DNA of 64,000 nt from Gemmatimonadota bacterium (GTDB lineage: Bacteria; Gemmatimonadota; Gemmatimonadetes; Gemmatimonadales; GWC2-71-9). The stretch spans positions 9,499-73,498 of the forward strand of contig JBDHKN010000023.1 in assembly GCA_039586365.1 (NCBI GenBank), in the 5' to 3' direction. Under the pieces are notes generated by a model. The model ran no database searches and was not told the DNA's origin. It saw only the letters and a program-made list of their open reading frames with translations. The position numbers were made by a program, and so were the translations under genes. Below, one piece after another: positions 1 to 8,149 of the stretch; the first letter of the stretch is position 1; each line of letters begins with the position of its first letter.

Positions 1-279
1 ATCAGGCTCGGAGTCACAGTCGGTGACGTCGCTGCGCTTCAGCTCCACCTCGCGTAGCACGATCTCGGCAGTAGTCAGGATCAGCGTGTCTGCCCCGCTG
101 ACGAGTGTGTCATCCAGCGCGATGGTCGGCGCGGCGGTAGGTCCCGATCGACTAAGCGCTGGTACTGGCGATTGGGTGGCGAAAGAGACCTGTATGTCGC
201 GGAACGCAAGGGGTACCGTAGTGTCACTGCACCCCGCGACTGCCGCCGCCAATACGAGTCCCAGTATGAGTCGCTTCAT
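1..279 (-). CDS. Putative lipoprotein (partial, runs off window); paralog of 393..1187
   Basis: Not in the ORF track. Manual translation from ATG 279 (GGAGG upstream): MKRLILGLVLAAAVAGCSD...VSFATQ...DTLVSGADTLILTTAEIVLREVELKR...DCD. Lipobox VAGC; colinear with the 393..1187 product. Confidence 0.8.
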   Translation of the reverse strand, partial: MKRLILGLVLAAAVAGCSDTTVPLAFRDIQVSFATQSPVPALSRSGPTAAPTIALDDTLVSGADTLILTTAEIVLREVELKRSDVTDCDSEPD

Positions 280-392
280 CGAGATCCCTCCAGGATGAGA
301 TCGGTACAATCTAGTGTGTGCTTGGCCTTTGTTGTGTGGCCAGCGCTCTGTGGAGCCCCGCCATGCAGGGTCCACAGAGCTATCCATGTCGC

Positions 393-1187
393 TTAACTCC
401 CGCTTTCGTCGTCGTCACCGTCTGCGTCTTGGTCCTCGAACGCTTCAAACGAATGCTTGATGTTCTCGCTCGCGAGACTCTCGTTGTCACCGCCCTTGTT
501 GGCGCTCTGCGGATCGAATAGCGTACCGGACTGATCCCGGAACCAGGCGTCCAAGTCGATTCGAACGGTGACGTTTGTGCTCGCCATCATCTCATCGATC
601 ACCAGCGGTGGTATGATGTCGTACTCCTGTTCGTCGTCGATGTCCGTTTCGAAGGTGAACGGCTGACCGTTGAACAATCCCTGAACTCGAATGCTCCTGC
701 CAACCATGTCCGGGTGCTCTTGCCTGAAGGTGGCATCTTCGGGATCGTCATTGCTCACCTTGTGAATCTCGAATTCGATCTCGTCATAGGTACCTGTATC
801 CACCGCAATCTCGGTGATCTGATCCACTGCGCCGTTCAGCGGGAGGTCGAGCAGGATCGGGCCGGTCTCGAACTTCTCGCAGCCGTCGTGGTCGTCGTTC
901 AGTGAGTCTGCCAAGGAGTCGCAAGCGTCATCGCTGACCTTCTCGAGTTCGATCTCCCGGAGTACGATCTCAGCCTTGGTGATGACCAGTTGATTCTCAC
1001 CATCGGTGAGAGTGTCGGTGGCCACCCGCATGAACGACGGGCCAGCCGATTGGGCAGGTTGGCTTCCCGCTTGAGTTGAGAACGAGAGCGCGACGTTGCC
1101 CGTTCCAGCGCCGTGCGGCCCGGTCCCGTCACCGCAGGCACCTAGCATCACTGCGGTCCCGGCGAGCGCTATCAGTGCGATCCTCAT
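393..1187 (-). CDS. Acidic lipoprotein of unknown function (DUF4382-like beta-sandwich)
   Basis: 264 aa ORF, GGAGGAG RBS, lipobox LGAC, very Asp/Glu-rich, GPILLDLPL and GTYDEIEFEIHK segments. Confidence 0.7.
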   Translation of the reverse strand: MRIALIALAGTAVMLGACGDGTGPHGAGTGNVALSFSTQAGSQPAQSAGPSFMRVATDTLTDGENQLVITKAEIVLREIELEKVSDDACDSLADSLNDDHDGCEKFETGPILLDLPLNGAVDQITEIAVDTGTYDEIEFEIHKVSNDDPEDATFRQEHPDMVGRSIRVQGLFNGQPFTFETDIDDEQEYDIIPPLVIDEMMASTNVTVRIDLDAWFRDQSGTLFDPQSANKGGDNESLASENIKHSFEAFEDQDADGDDDESGS

Positions 1188-1253
1188 GGTTGTCTCCTCC
1201 GTGTCGATTGGTCCGTAGCGCGGTGGTTCCGCGACGTTGCTGCGGGGGTCAAT

Positions 1254-1269
1254 CGCAACAGCGGTACCA
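1254..1269 (-). promoter_or_regulatory. Sigma-54 (-24/-12) promoter for the lipoprotein pair
   Basis: Minus strand TGGTAC-CGCTG-TTGCG matches TGGCAC-N5-TTGC with exact GG-N10-GC spacing, about 65 bp upstream of ATG 1187. Confidence 0.65.
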
Positions 1270-1296
1270 GGAGGGTCTTACCGGTTCGTAGTGTCG

Positions 1297-1394
1297 TAAG
1301 TCATCGAATGGCAAGCAGTTAACTGAGCAAGCGGGGACCTGAGCTGGTCCCACCGGTTGCCACGCCGCGATGCGGGTTGCCTCGTTTTGGTGCA
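1297..1394. promoter_or_regulatory. IHF-like site (about 1297-1321) and NtrC-family enhancer-like site (1378-1394)
   Basis: TAAGTCATCGAATGGCAAGCAGTTA contains CAA-N4-TTA. Minus strand TGCACCAAAACGAGGCA resembles TGCACC-N5-GGTGCA and lies about 110 bp upstream of the -24 element. Confidence 0.45.
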
Positions 1395-1446
1395 GCTAGC
1401 CATCCCAAGGGGTGACGGTGGGTCGGCTGCGAGCTAGCTTAGCCGC

Positions 1447-1815
1447 GTGAATGCCACTGGTCCGTACTCGCGCGGCGCTTCATCGGCTCCGCGGCCAACG
1501 CTGCTGACTTGGGTGTGTCTTGTGGGCTGGTTAGGAATAGCTCTTGCGGCCACCAGTATGGTGATTCAGTGGCGCACATTCACAGTTCTACCCATTGGAT
1601 ATCTAGTCGGTGCACCTGCCGCGCTGGTCGTGACGGCAGCCGCATTGTATGGGTACTGGCGGCTGCGTCGTTGGGGGCTATGGCTGATCGCGTTCGGCAC
1701 GGCCATCCGGCTCACAGCAACCGTGGTCGGCGTCATTCCGCTCGGACGATGGGATCTTGTCTGGCCGAGTCTGCTCGTGGTCGTGGGTCTCGGCTACCTG
1801 CGCAGGCTGCGCTAG
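1447..1815 (+). CDS. Hypothetical 4-TM membrane protein
   Basis: 122 aa ORF with four hydrophobic segments; fills the gap between flanking genes; TAGCTT 6 nt before the GTG. Confidence 0.6.
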   Translation: MNATGPYSRGASSAPRPTLLTWVCLVGWLGIALAATSMVIQWRTFTVLPIGYLVGAPAALVVTAAALYGYWRLRRWGLWLIAFGTAIRLTATVVGVIPLGRWDLVWPSLLVVVGLGYLRRLR

Positions 1816-1824
1816 AACAGGCTG

Positions 1825-2166
1825 TCAGTGGCGGCCTGGCTCGAGATCACCGTCGATTCCAGCAGTCGCGCACACAACTTCGACCTCGTGCGGGGAGTAG
1901 ATCCCGAGCGTCAAAAGCGTCACGAGCCCGTTCAGGAAGCTCTGCTGTGTCTCCACTCGCGCCCACGGACCCCGGCAGACGCCGCGAGCGTCCACTTCGG
2001 CCGGGATCAATCCCACCAACCACGCTGTCTCCCAGCCTTCGTGGTAGGCAACAGGGCCCGGCTCCAACCCCGTATCGATGATACTGTGATAGCACCCAGT
2101 CGACACTAGCAGCACAGCAGCCGCTGTCAGAGTGACCAGCCCGCGCCCCAAACCATGGCGACTCAT
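1825..2166 (-). CDS. Bor/Iss-family lipoprotein
   Basis: Lipobox STGC; ETQQSFLNGLVTLLTLGIYSPHEVEVVC matches the lambda Bor C-terminal motif. Confidence 0.8.
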   Translation of the reverse strand: MSRHGLGRGLVTLTAAAVLLVSTGCYHSIIDTGLEPGPVAYHEGWETAWLVGLIPAEVDARGVCRGPWARVETQQSFLNGLVTLLTLGIYSPHEVEVVCATAGIDGDLEPGRH

Positions 2167-2567
2167 GTGCCCTCCATGTGATCATGGTGCTTTGCTGCAG
2201 TTTGTGGCTGGTCGGGGCCTTGCTCGGGCGATTGGCCCGCATCTGTCCCGTCCTGAGGTCCAGTGGCACTGCAGACTACCTTGGTTTCCAGGGGACTTAT
2301 GATGCCGAATGTGAGGGCACCGACCACCCAGTTCAGGAAGCTCTGCCGGGTCTCCACCCGCGCCCAGCGCCCTCCGCAGTATTGGCTAGCATCCACCTGA
2401 GCCGGGAAGATCGCGTATGCGAACGCCATGTTCCACTCCTCGTGATGCACAGTCGCGCCCGGATCCAGCCCGGTAGTGATCTTTACTTGGTGACACGCGG
2501 CGGCCGCGGTCAGAAGCGACCCGACGGCCAACGCCGTCGCTATGCGCCGTATAATTTGGTGGGCCAT
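2163..2567 (-). CDS. Bor/Iss-family lipoprotein (second copy)
   Basis: Start reassigned to ATG 2567 (purine-rich RBS); lipobox AAAC; ETRQSFLNWVVGALTFGIISPLETKVVC; 4-nt overlap with the next gene. Confidence 0.8.
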   Translation of the reverse strand: MAHQIIRRIATALAVGSLLTAAAACHQVKITTGLDPGATVHHEEWNMAFAYAIFPAQVDASQYCGGRWARVETRQSFLNWVVGALTFGIISPLETKVVCSATGPQDGTDAGQSPEQGPDQPQTAAKHHDHMEGT

Positions 2568-2710
2568 TTGCCCCCCTTCTGGCTTGGTGACGTCTAATGT
2601 ACCAGACGGCCACGCTACCCGACAGCGCGAGGCCAGTCTCGGGCTCCGCACGCGGAGGGCTGCGGCGCCGGACTTCCGGCCGCTGGCAGCAACTCAGCGC
2701 CACCCTTTCC

Positions 2711-5149
2711 CTAGGGGATGGTGCCGCTGCTCTCGCTTCGCACCCGACCCCAGATACGGCTGCGGATCACGTGAACGGCCGACACGAACATGGGATGGTC
2801 CCGGACTCGATCGAACAGAGCCGACTCGAGCACCCAGCTATCGATACCGCTGGGAGACAAGTCGTATGCGCGCTTGACCCAGGAGATGGTGAACGGAACG
2901 TCACCGGCCATGGCATGGTAGCTTGCTAAATCCTCGACCCTGGCCACATCGGAAAAGAGAGTATCACGCAGGCTGTCGGCCGTGACCTCACGGGCAACTG
3001 AGTCGGCGATCGCCTTGGCCTCCTGGGCGCGGCCTAGGGCCCGCAGACACATTGCACGGATCACCGCGTGTGGTCCCAGGTCGAACTCTAGGCATCGCGC
3101 AGCATCGCCGCTGAGCAACAGCGCCCGTGCTGCCACGGCTTGGGGAAGCACCAGCGCCGGTTCCAGGGCTCCTGCCGCCGCCGCCTCCGCTATCGCTAGT
3201 TCGTACCGTCTCATTTGGAGGGCCCAGATTGCGACGGCGATATGGCGGCCCGAAGAAAACGGGTCCAAAGCTGCCGCACGCTGTGTTTCGGCCAGGGCAG
3301 AATCTAGGTGCCCGGATTTGGCGAGCACGCGCGCCCTCCAACCCGGAACAGTCGGCGCGTTCGGCTGCAGCTCGAGCGCCCTGCCGAAGTCGGCGGCGAC
3401 GTCTTCGGTCGGGGCATTGGCGAGGGCACCGATGTATCCTCGGGCTGCGTGGGCGCTCGCCAGGTTAGGATCCAGTGCGATCGCGCTGTCCGCGAGTGCC
3501 AAGGACAATGCGGCCAGCCGATACTCGTCGGCTCCCAGCCGGTACCGGTAGGTAAGCGACAACGCGTAGGCTGTGGAGAGATCGGCCAACGACGGAGCGT
3601 GTCGAGGATTCTGTGCGAGCGCCTCGTTGAACCAATTGATCGAGCGCTTGATGCCGTCTGCGGTGCGTTGCGATAGCCAGCGTCTGCCTACGAGGTATTC
3701 CTCATAACCCGGACCCAGCGCGGTCTTGGATTCGTAGTCGGGCAGGTTGAAGTCACCGATAGTGGAGGCCACCTTGGCGCTGACCTGTCGGGCAATGCTC
3801 TCCTGGGCCGCGAAAATGTCGGTAAGATCGCCGGTGAATGTCTCCGACCAGATGGTCGCGTCCGACTCTGCGTTGACGTGGTGGGCTGATGCACGGATGC
3901 TGTTACCCGCCAGCCGCAACGATCCCTGGATTACATGCCGTACTCTGAGCGACTCAGCAAGTTGCGGGGTCGTAAGACCTTTGGAACGCAGTGCTTCCAC
4001 CGAATGCGGCGAGATCACCTTGAGTTGGGCAATCTGCGAGATCTGGGTGAAGATCTCTTCCGTTATCCCTGCGCTCAGGTAGTCGTAGCGCTGGTCTCCA
4101 GTCAAGTTGTCGAACGGCATGACCGCGACCGAGTCGACATAGCGCGGCCCGACGGTAGCGCTGACGCGTCCCTTCCAGGGTTGCCATGCAAAAAGTGCTA
4201 GAACGACGACCACCACGGCGAACACGGCGTCCTTGGTCCAGCGCCGGAGGTGAGAACGGCCTTCCGGGATGCCGGCGACTGGTAGGGGAGTCGTCCAGCC
4301 CGAAGACTGTTCCCCCCGGGCGGTCAGCAGCGCGTCGGAGAAGTCCCGTGCAGTTGGGAACCTGTCAACCGGCGCTTTGGCCATTGCCACGTTCACCACT
4401 TGTTCGACCTGCACCGAGACGGTGTCTCTAGCTGCCCTCAGCGAGGGAACTGGATCAACCAAGTGCCGCGCCAGCACCGTGCGTGCGTCCTTGCCCTGGA
4501 ACGGGGGTTCACCTGCCAGCATTTCATACAGCACACAAGCGAGCGCGTAGACGTCGGCCCGGCCATCCAGATCGTCGCTGGCCTGCACTTGCTCCGGGCT
4601 CATGTAGGCCGGTGTGCCGAGCGCTACACCTGTCTCGGTGAGCGAATCGCTTCCCGCTACCCTTATGGCTCTGGATACACCGAAGTCCGTTACGAGGGCA
4701 TGTTCCTCGTGCAGCAGGATGTTACCCGGCTTGACATCCCGGTGGAGCACATTCTGCTGGTGAGCATAGTCGAGGGCGTGCGCGACATCCCGGGTTATCC
4801 GCAACGCGTCGTCCAGCGGTAGCTGGTGTTCCCGTGCGATCCGGTCTGCCAAGGACTCGCCTCTCAAATACGGCATAGCGTAGTACAGCAGATCGTTCGC
4901 TTCGCCCGCCGCGAAGATAGGAACGATGTGTGGGTGGGTCAGCTTGGACGTGAGATCGATCTCTCTGAGGAACCGTTCCCGTCCCAGGTGGGCAGTGAGG
5001 TGAGGGTGCAGGACCTTGATTACGACCAGCCGACTGGGGTGCTGTTCGCGAGCGAGGTAGACCGTGCCCATGCCGCCACGCTTGAGCTCTCGTTCGAGCA
5101 GGTAACGTTGCGGTAAGTGCTGTTGGAGCCGGTCGAACAGATCCTCCAT
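2711..5149 (-). CDS. Hanks-type Ser/Thr protein kinase with TM segment, TolB-like domain and TPR repeats
   Basis: GGMGTVY, VIK, HRDVKPGN, DFG, MSPEQ; then a TM helix, SVAVMPFDNL TolB-like start, and TPR-like helices. Confidence 0.9.
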   Translation of the reverse strand: MEDLFDRLQQHLPQRYLLERELKRGGMGTVYLAREQHPSRLVVIKVLHPHLTAHLGRERFLREIDLTSKLTHPHIVPIFAAGEANDLLYYAMPYLRGESLADRIAREHQLPLDDALRITRDVAHALDYAHQQNVLHRDVKPGNILLHEEHALVTDFGVSRAIRVAGSDSLTETGVALGTPAYMSPEQVQASDDLDGRADVYALACVLYEMLAGEPPFQGKDARTVLARHLVDPVPSLRAARDTVSVQVEQVVNVAMAKAPVDRFPTARDFSDALLTARGEQSSGWTTPLPVAGIPEGRSHLRRWTKDAVFAVVVVVLALFAWQPWKGRVSATVGPRYVDSVAVMPFDNLTGDQRYDYLSAGITEEIFTQISQIAQLKVISPHSVEALRSKGLTTPQLAESLRVRHVIQGSLRLAGNSIRASAHHVNAESDATIWSETFTGDLTDIFAAQESIARQVSAKVASTIGDFNLPDYESKTALGPGYEEYLVGRRWLSQRTADGIKRSINWFNEALAQNPRHAPSLADLSTAYALSLTYRYRLGADEYRLAALSLALADSAIALDPNLASAHAARGYIGALANAPTEDVAADFGRALELQPNAPTVPGWRARVLAKSGHLDSALAETQRAAALDPFSSGRHIAVAIWALQMRRYELAIAEAAAAGALEPALVLPQAVAARALLLSGDAARCLEFDLGPHAVIRAMCLRALGRAQEAKAIADSVAREVTADSLRDTLFSDVARVEDLASYHAMAGDVPFTISWVKRAYDLSPSGIDSWVLESALFDRVRDHPMFVSAVHVIRSRIWGRVRSESSGTIP

Positions 5150-5245
5150 GACCCTGCCTAACGTACTATGGAGCGCCTAAGATAAACCACGCTCTGCGCT
5201 GGCGGCCAGGGGTGATTCTCGGCATGTGACAGTTGCATCCATGAA

Positions 5246-5276
5246 CCGGGTGCGCACCACAGCGGCGCGCACCCGG
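5246..5276 (-). terminator. GC-rich hairpin, probable terminator of the S46 peptidase gene
   Basis: CCGGGTGCGC...GCGCACCCGG 10-bp perfect stem about 30 nt after the stop at 5306; only a short U-tract. Confidence 0.5.
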
Positions 5277-5305
5277 CTCTCCGTGACGGTGCGATCGTGT
5301 TCTCG

Positions 5306-7480
5306 TTATCTGGAAACCAACAGTTCGTCCACTATACGCTGCGCTCCGTAGATGTCACGCAGCGCCTCGAGGATTGCCTCAGCGCGGACCGATACGGTGC
5401 GAGACGTCTGGGTTGTATAGATGAAGTCACCCGAGAGGCTCTCGATATTGCCGTCAAAGACCAGCCCCACTACCTCCCCATGTTGGTTGATCAGCGGACT
5501 TCCCGAGTTCCCTCCCGTTATGTCGTTGGTCGAGACCGTGTTGAGCGGCGTGCTCATGTCGAATTCCGCAGGGGGGTTGAGCCACCGATCTGGTAGCGCC
5601 CAGTCCTGCGAGCCGGTGTGTGAGAAGTGACGATCGTACATCCCGTAGAAGGTGGTGAACAACGGAGCCTTGGTTCCATTGTAGTCGTAGCTCTGCATGA
5701 CTCCATCCGCGATGCGCAGAGTAAACGTGGCGTCCGGGGCAACCGAGGTCCCGTAGGCCTCGAAGAGTGCCCGAGCCAATTCTGCAACCTTGGCTTCCTC
5801 CTGCGACTGCAGCTGTTGGTATTCTATCTCCGCCTGTACGAAACGCGGGAGTATCTCTCGTGCCAGGGTTATGGCAGGATCGGTACTGATCAGAATCTCC
5901 GCGGGGGAGTCCAGCAGCGCGCTTCGTTGGGCGGGGTCCAGCACCGCTGTGGCGCCATCCAAGATCGCCTGGGCTGCATCGCCATAGCTGCGGCCCTCCA
6001 ATGCCTTGGCCACGAACGGGTCGTCCTCACCCAGCCAGTTGGCGGCATCCTCCAGCTGCAACTCGAGGAAATGGCGATCGAGATCAGTATTGAAGGTTGT
6101 TTCCTCCAGGTTGGTTCGAATCATCTGCAGGATGCTGTCCGGGGCACCGGCGCGGGAACCGTAGGCGTAGTCGACCATCGTGGCAGCAGTTGCTAGGGTT
6201 TGAGACCAGAAGCCACCGTCGAACCGCAAGCCGTTCCTCGTGGGAGCAAGCTCTGCCATCCTCTGACGGATGGTGGCAATGTCATCCCACAGACTTCCGT
6301 ACTGGCGGTTGAGATTCGGATCACTCCGTATAGCATCCATGAAGCGACGCTCGAAACCCCGCTTGCGGCCCATGATGTCAACGTCGCGTAATGCAGCGAG
6401 CCGGCCTTTGTACAGCTTCAGGGCGTTCATCCAGCTGAAGTACTGGTTTATGTACTCCGGACGCTGATCGGGGTGGTGATCCATGAAACGGGCGAGTATG
6501 TCGGTACGGCTCTGCAGCAATCTCACGGTGTTCGGCTCCCTGAAATCCCGCGCGTACTCGAGTTGTGCCACGGTGCTGAGGCGCTCGGTAGAACCGGGAT
6601 TGCCGATCACGAATACGGCATCGCCGTCCTTGGCTCCCTCCGTGCTCCAGGTGTAATGGGACCCGGGATTGTAGGGTGATCCATTCTCGTCATACACCCG
6701 CAAGAAGGACATATCGACCACGTACCGGGGGTAAGTGAAGTTGTCCGGATCCCCGCCGAAATAGCCGATCTGCAGCTCCGGTATCAATACCAGTCGGACA
6801 TCATCGTACCGTTTGTAGCAGTACAGAGAATACTTCCCGCCGTTGTACAGAGGCTGCACATCGCAGCGAAGGTCCAGTGCCCGGCTCGCGCTGTCGGCAA
6901 TCTCCGTGACCCGTCTATCTCTGGCTTGCTGCTCCTCTTCCTCAGCCATCATCGGTCTCACAGCTGTCTCTACCAGGGCCGTAACGTCCTCCGCCTGGAT
7001 CATCTGATCGACGTAGAGGTCCGGAACGCGCCGCTCCTCCGCAAGAGTCTCAGCGTAGAAGCCGTTAGTCAGTAAGTCTTCACCCTCACCAGAGACCTCA
7101 CTGGCACTCTCGCGAGCGCAGTGATGATTCGTCATCACCAGTCCGGTCTCCGATACGAAGGAGGCGGTGCAGTTCGGCAGGCGTAACGATGCCAACCGTA
7201 CATGCTCCAACCATTCGTCGGTCGGCCTGAATCCGTACTCTTCCTGGAAATAGTCCAGCGGGGCGTCCTCGAACGTCCACATCTTGCCGGTGTCGAACCG
7301 ACCGGGTTCGATCTCCGGTGGCGGCGGTGCCTCCATCGTCACTGCCACGGTCTCCGCAGGCATCATCACTGGTGCCGTAGGCTGCGTAGTTTCCATGCTG
7401 GTGGACGAGGCACATCCGCTGACCACCAGGGCGAGCGCCAGGAAGCTGTGTAGCTGCGAACTGCGTGGGATCATGGTCAC
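5306..7480 (-). CDS. S46-family dipeptidyl peptidase, lipoprotein
   Basis: Lipobox VSGC; GKMWT, CTASFVS..GLVMTNHHC, FGGDPDNFTYPR, DITGGNSGSP, FDGN. Confidence 0.9.
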   Translation of the reverse strand: MTMIPRSSQLHSFLALALVVSGCASSTSMETTQPTAPVMMPAETVAVTMEAPPPPEIEPGRFDTGKMWTFEDAPLDYFQEEYGFRPTDEWLEHVRLASLRLPNCTASFVSETGLVMTNHHCARESASEVSGEGEDLLTNGFYAETLAEERRVPDLYVDQMIQAEDVTALVETAVRPMMAEEEEQQARDRRVTEIADSASRALDLRCDVQPLYNGGKYSLYCYKRYDDVRLVLIPELQIGYFGGDPDNFTYPRYVVDMSFLRVYDENGSPYNPGSHYTWSTEGAKDGDAVFVIGNPGSTERLSTVAQLEYARDFREPNTVRLLQSRTDILARFMDHHPDQRPEYINQYFSWMNALKLYKGRLAALRDVDIMGRKRGFERRFMDAIRSDPNLNRQYGSLWDDIATIRQRMAELAPTRNGLRFDGGFWSQTLATAATMVDYAYGSRAGAPDSILQMIRTNLEETTFNTDLDRHFLELQLEDAANWLGEDDPFVAKALEGRSYGDAAQAILDGATAVLDPAQRSALLDSPAEILISTDPAITLAREILPRFVQAEIEYQQLQSQEEAKVAELARALFEAYGTSVAPDATFTLRIADGVMQSYDYNGTKAPLFTTFYGMYDRHFSHTGSQDWALPDRWLNPPAEFDMSTPLNTVSTNDITGGNSGSPLINQHGEVVGLVFDGNIESLSGDFIYTTQTSRTVSVRAEAILEALRDIYGAQRIVDELLVSR

Positions 7481-7839
7481 CTCACCGATCGATCGGTTTG
7501 TTAATCACGTCGGCTGCCACCCAAGCGTGGTTGATATGGGCTAGCTTTCGCGAGTCTATCGGGGAAACTTAACAACTTGGCTCCATCACGCCGAGCAGCC
7601 CAACCGCGGACCGGTTCAGAGAGGAGTATATCCGTCGTCATGAGCGGGCACCCCGCTTCGGGGCACGGCAAGGACGGGTTTGGGTTGTAACGGGAAATTG
7701 ACGGCTGGTGAACCTTCGGATATCGTGCAGGCGGCTGCCGGGCGTCGCTGATCGCTTTCGATCATGACGCCGTGGTACGAGGTGTGAAACAGCTAGCGCT
7801 GCCAATCGTACTGAGAACTGGACAACCAATGGGAGGGCG

Positions 7840-8100
7840 GTGTTGAATCAAACTTTGCGTGATCTCCAAGTCATTCCTGGGGTTGGCCCCAGTATCGCTC
7901 AGGATCTGCACGAACTGGGCTACCGAACGGTTGCGCAACTGCGAGGCGAAGATCCTGCCAACATGTATGCCGAGTTGTGCCGACGCCGTGGAGAGCCGAT
8001 CGACCGATGTGTGCTGTATGTCTTCCGCTGTGCCGTCTACTTTGCGAGTCACGACAAACACGATGAAGAGCTTCTCAAGTGGTGGAACTGGAAGGATTGA
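7840..8100 (+). CDS. Cdd1-family helix-hairpin-helix protein
   Basis: GGGAGG RBS; LQVIPGVGPSIAQDL HhH motif; DRCVLYVFRCAVYFA and WWNWKD end. Confidence 0.8.
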   Translation: MLNQTLRDLQVIPGVGPSIAQDLHELGYRTVAQLRGEDPANMYAELCRRRGEPIDRCVLYVFRCAVYFASHDKHDEELLKWWNWKD

Positions 8101-8149
8101 CGGTGACGTCCTTGCACGGTTCGATCGCCACGTTATCTCGGAGGAACGA

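Noticed and set aside
1825..2567. Prophage inferred from the bor genes
   Set aside because: No integrase, lysis, structural or replication genes nearby.
7481..7839. ncRNA in the divergent spacer (UUCG-type and other small hairpins)
   Set aside because: No SRP, tmRNA, RNase P or riboswitch signature recognised; short GC stems are expected by chance.
7859..8149. N-terminal 97 aa of the 1038-aa track ORF
   Set aside because: It overlaps the Cdd1-family gene; an RBS and signal peptide place the real start at 8150.
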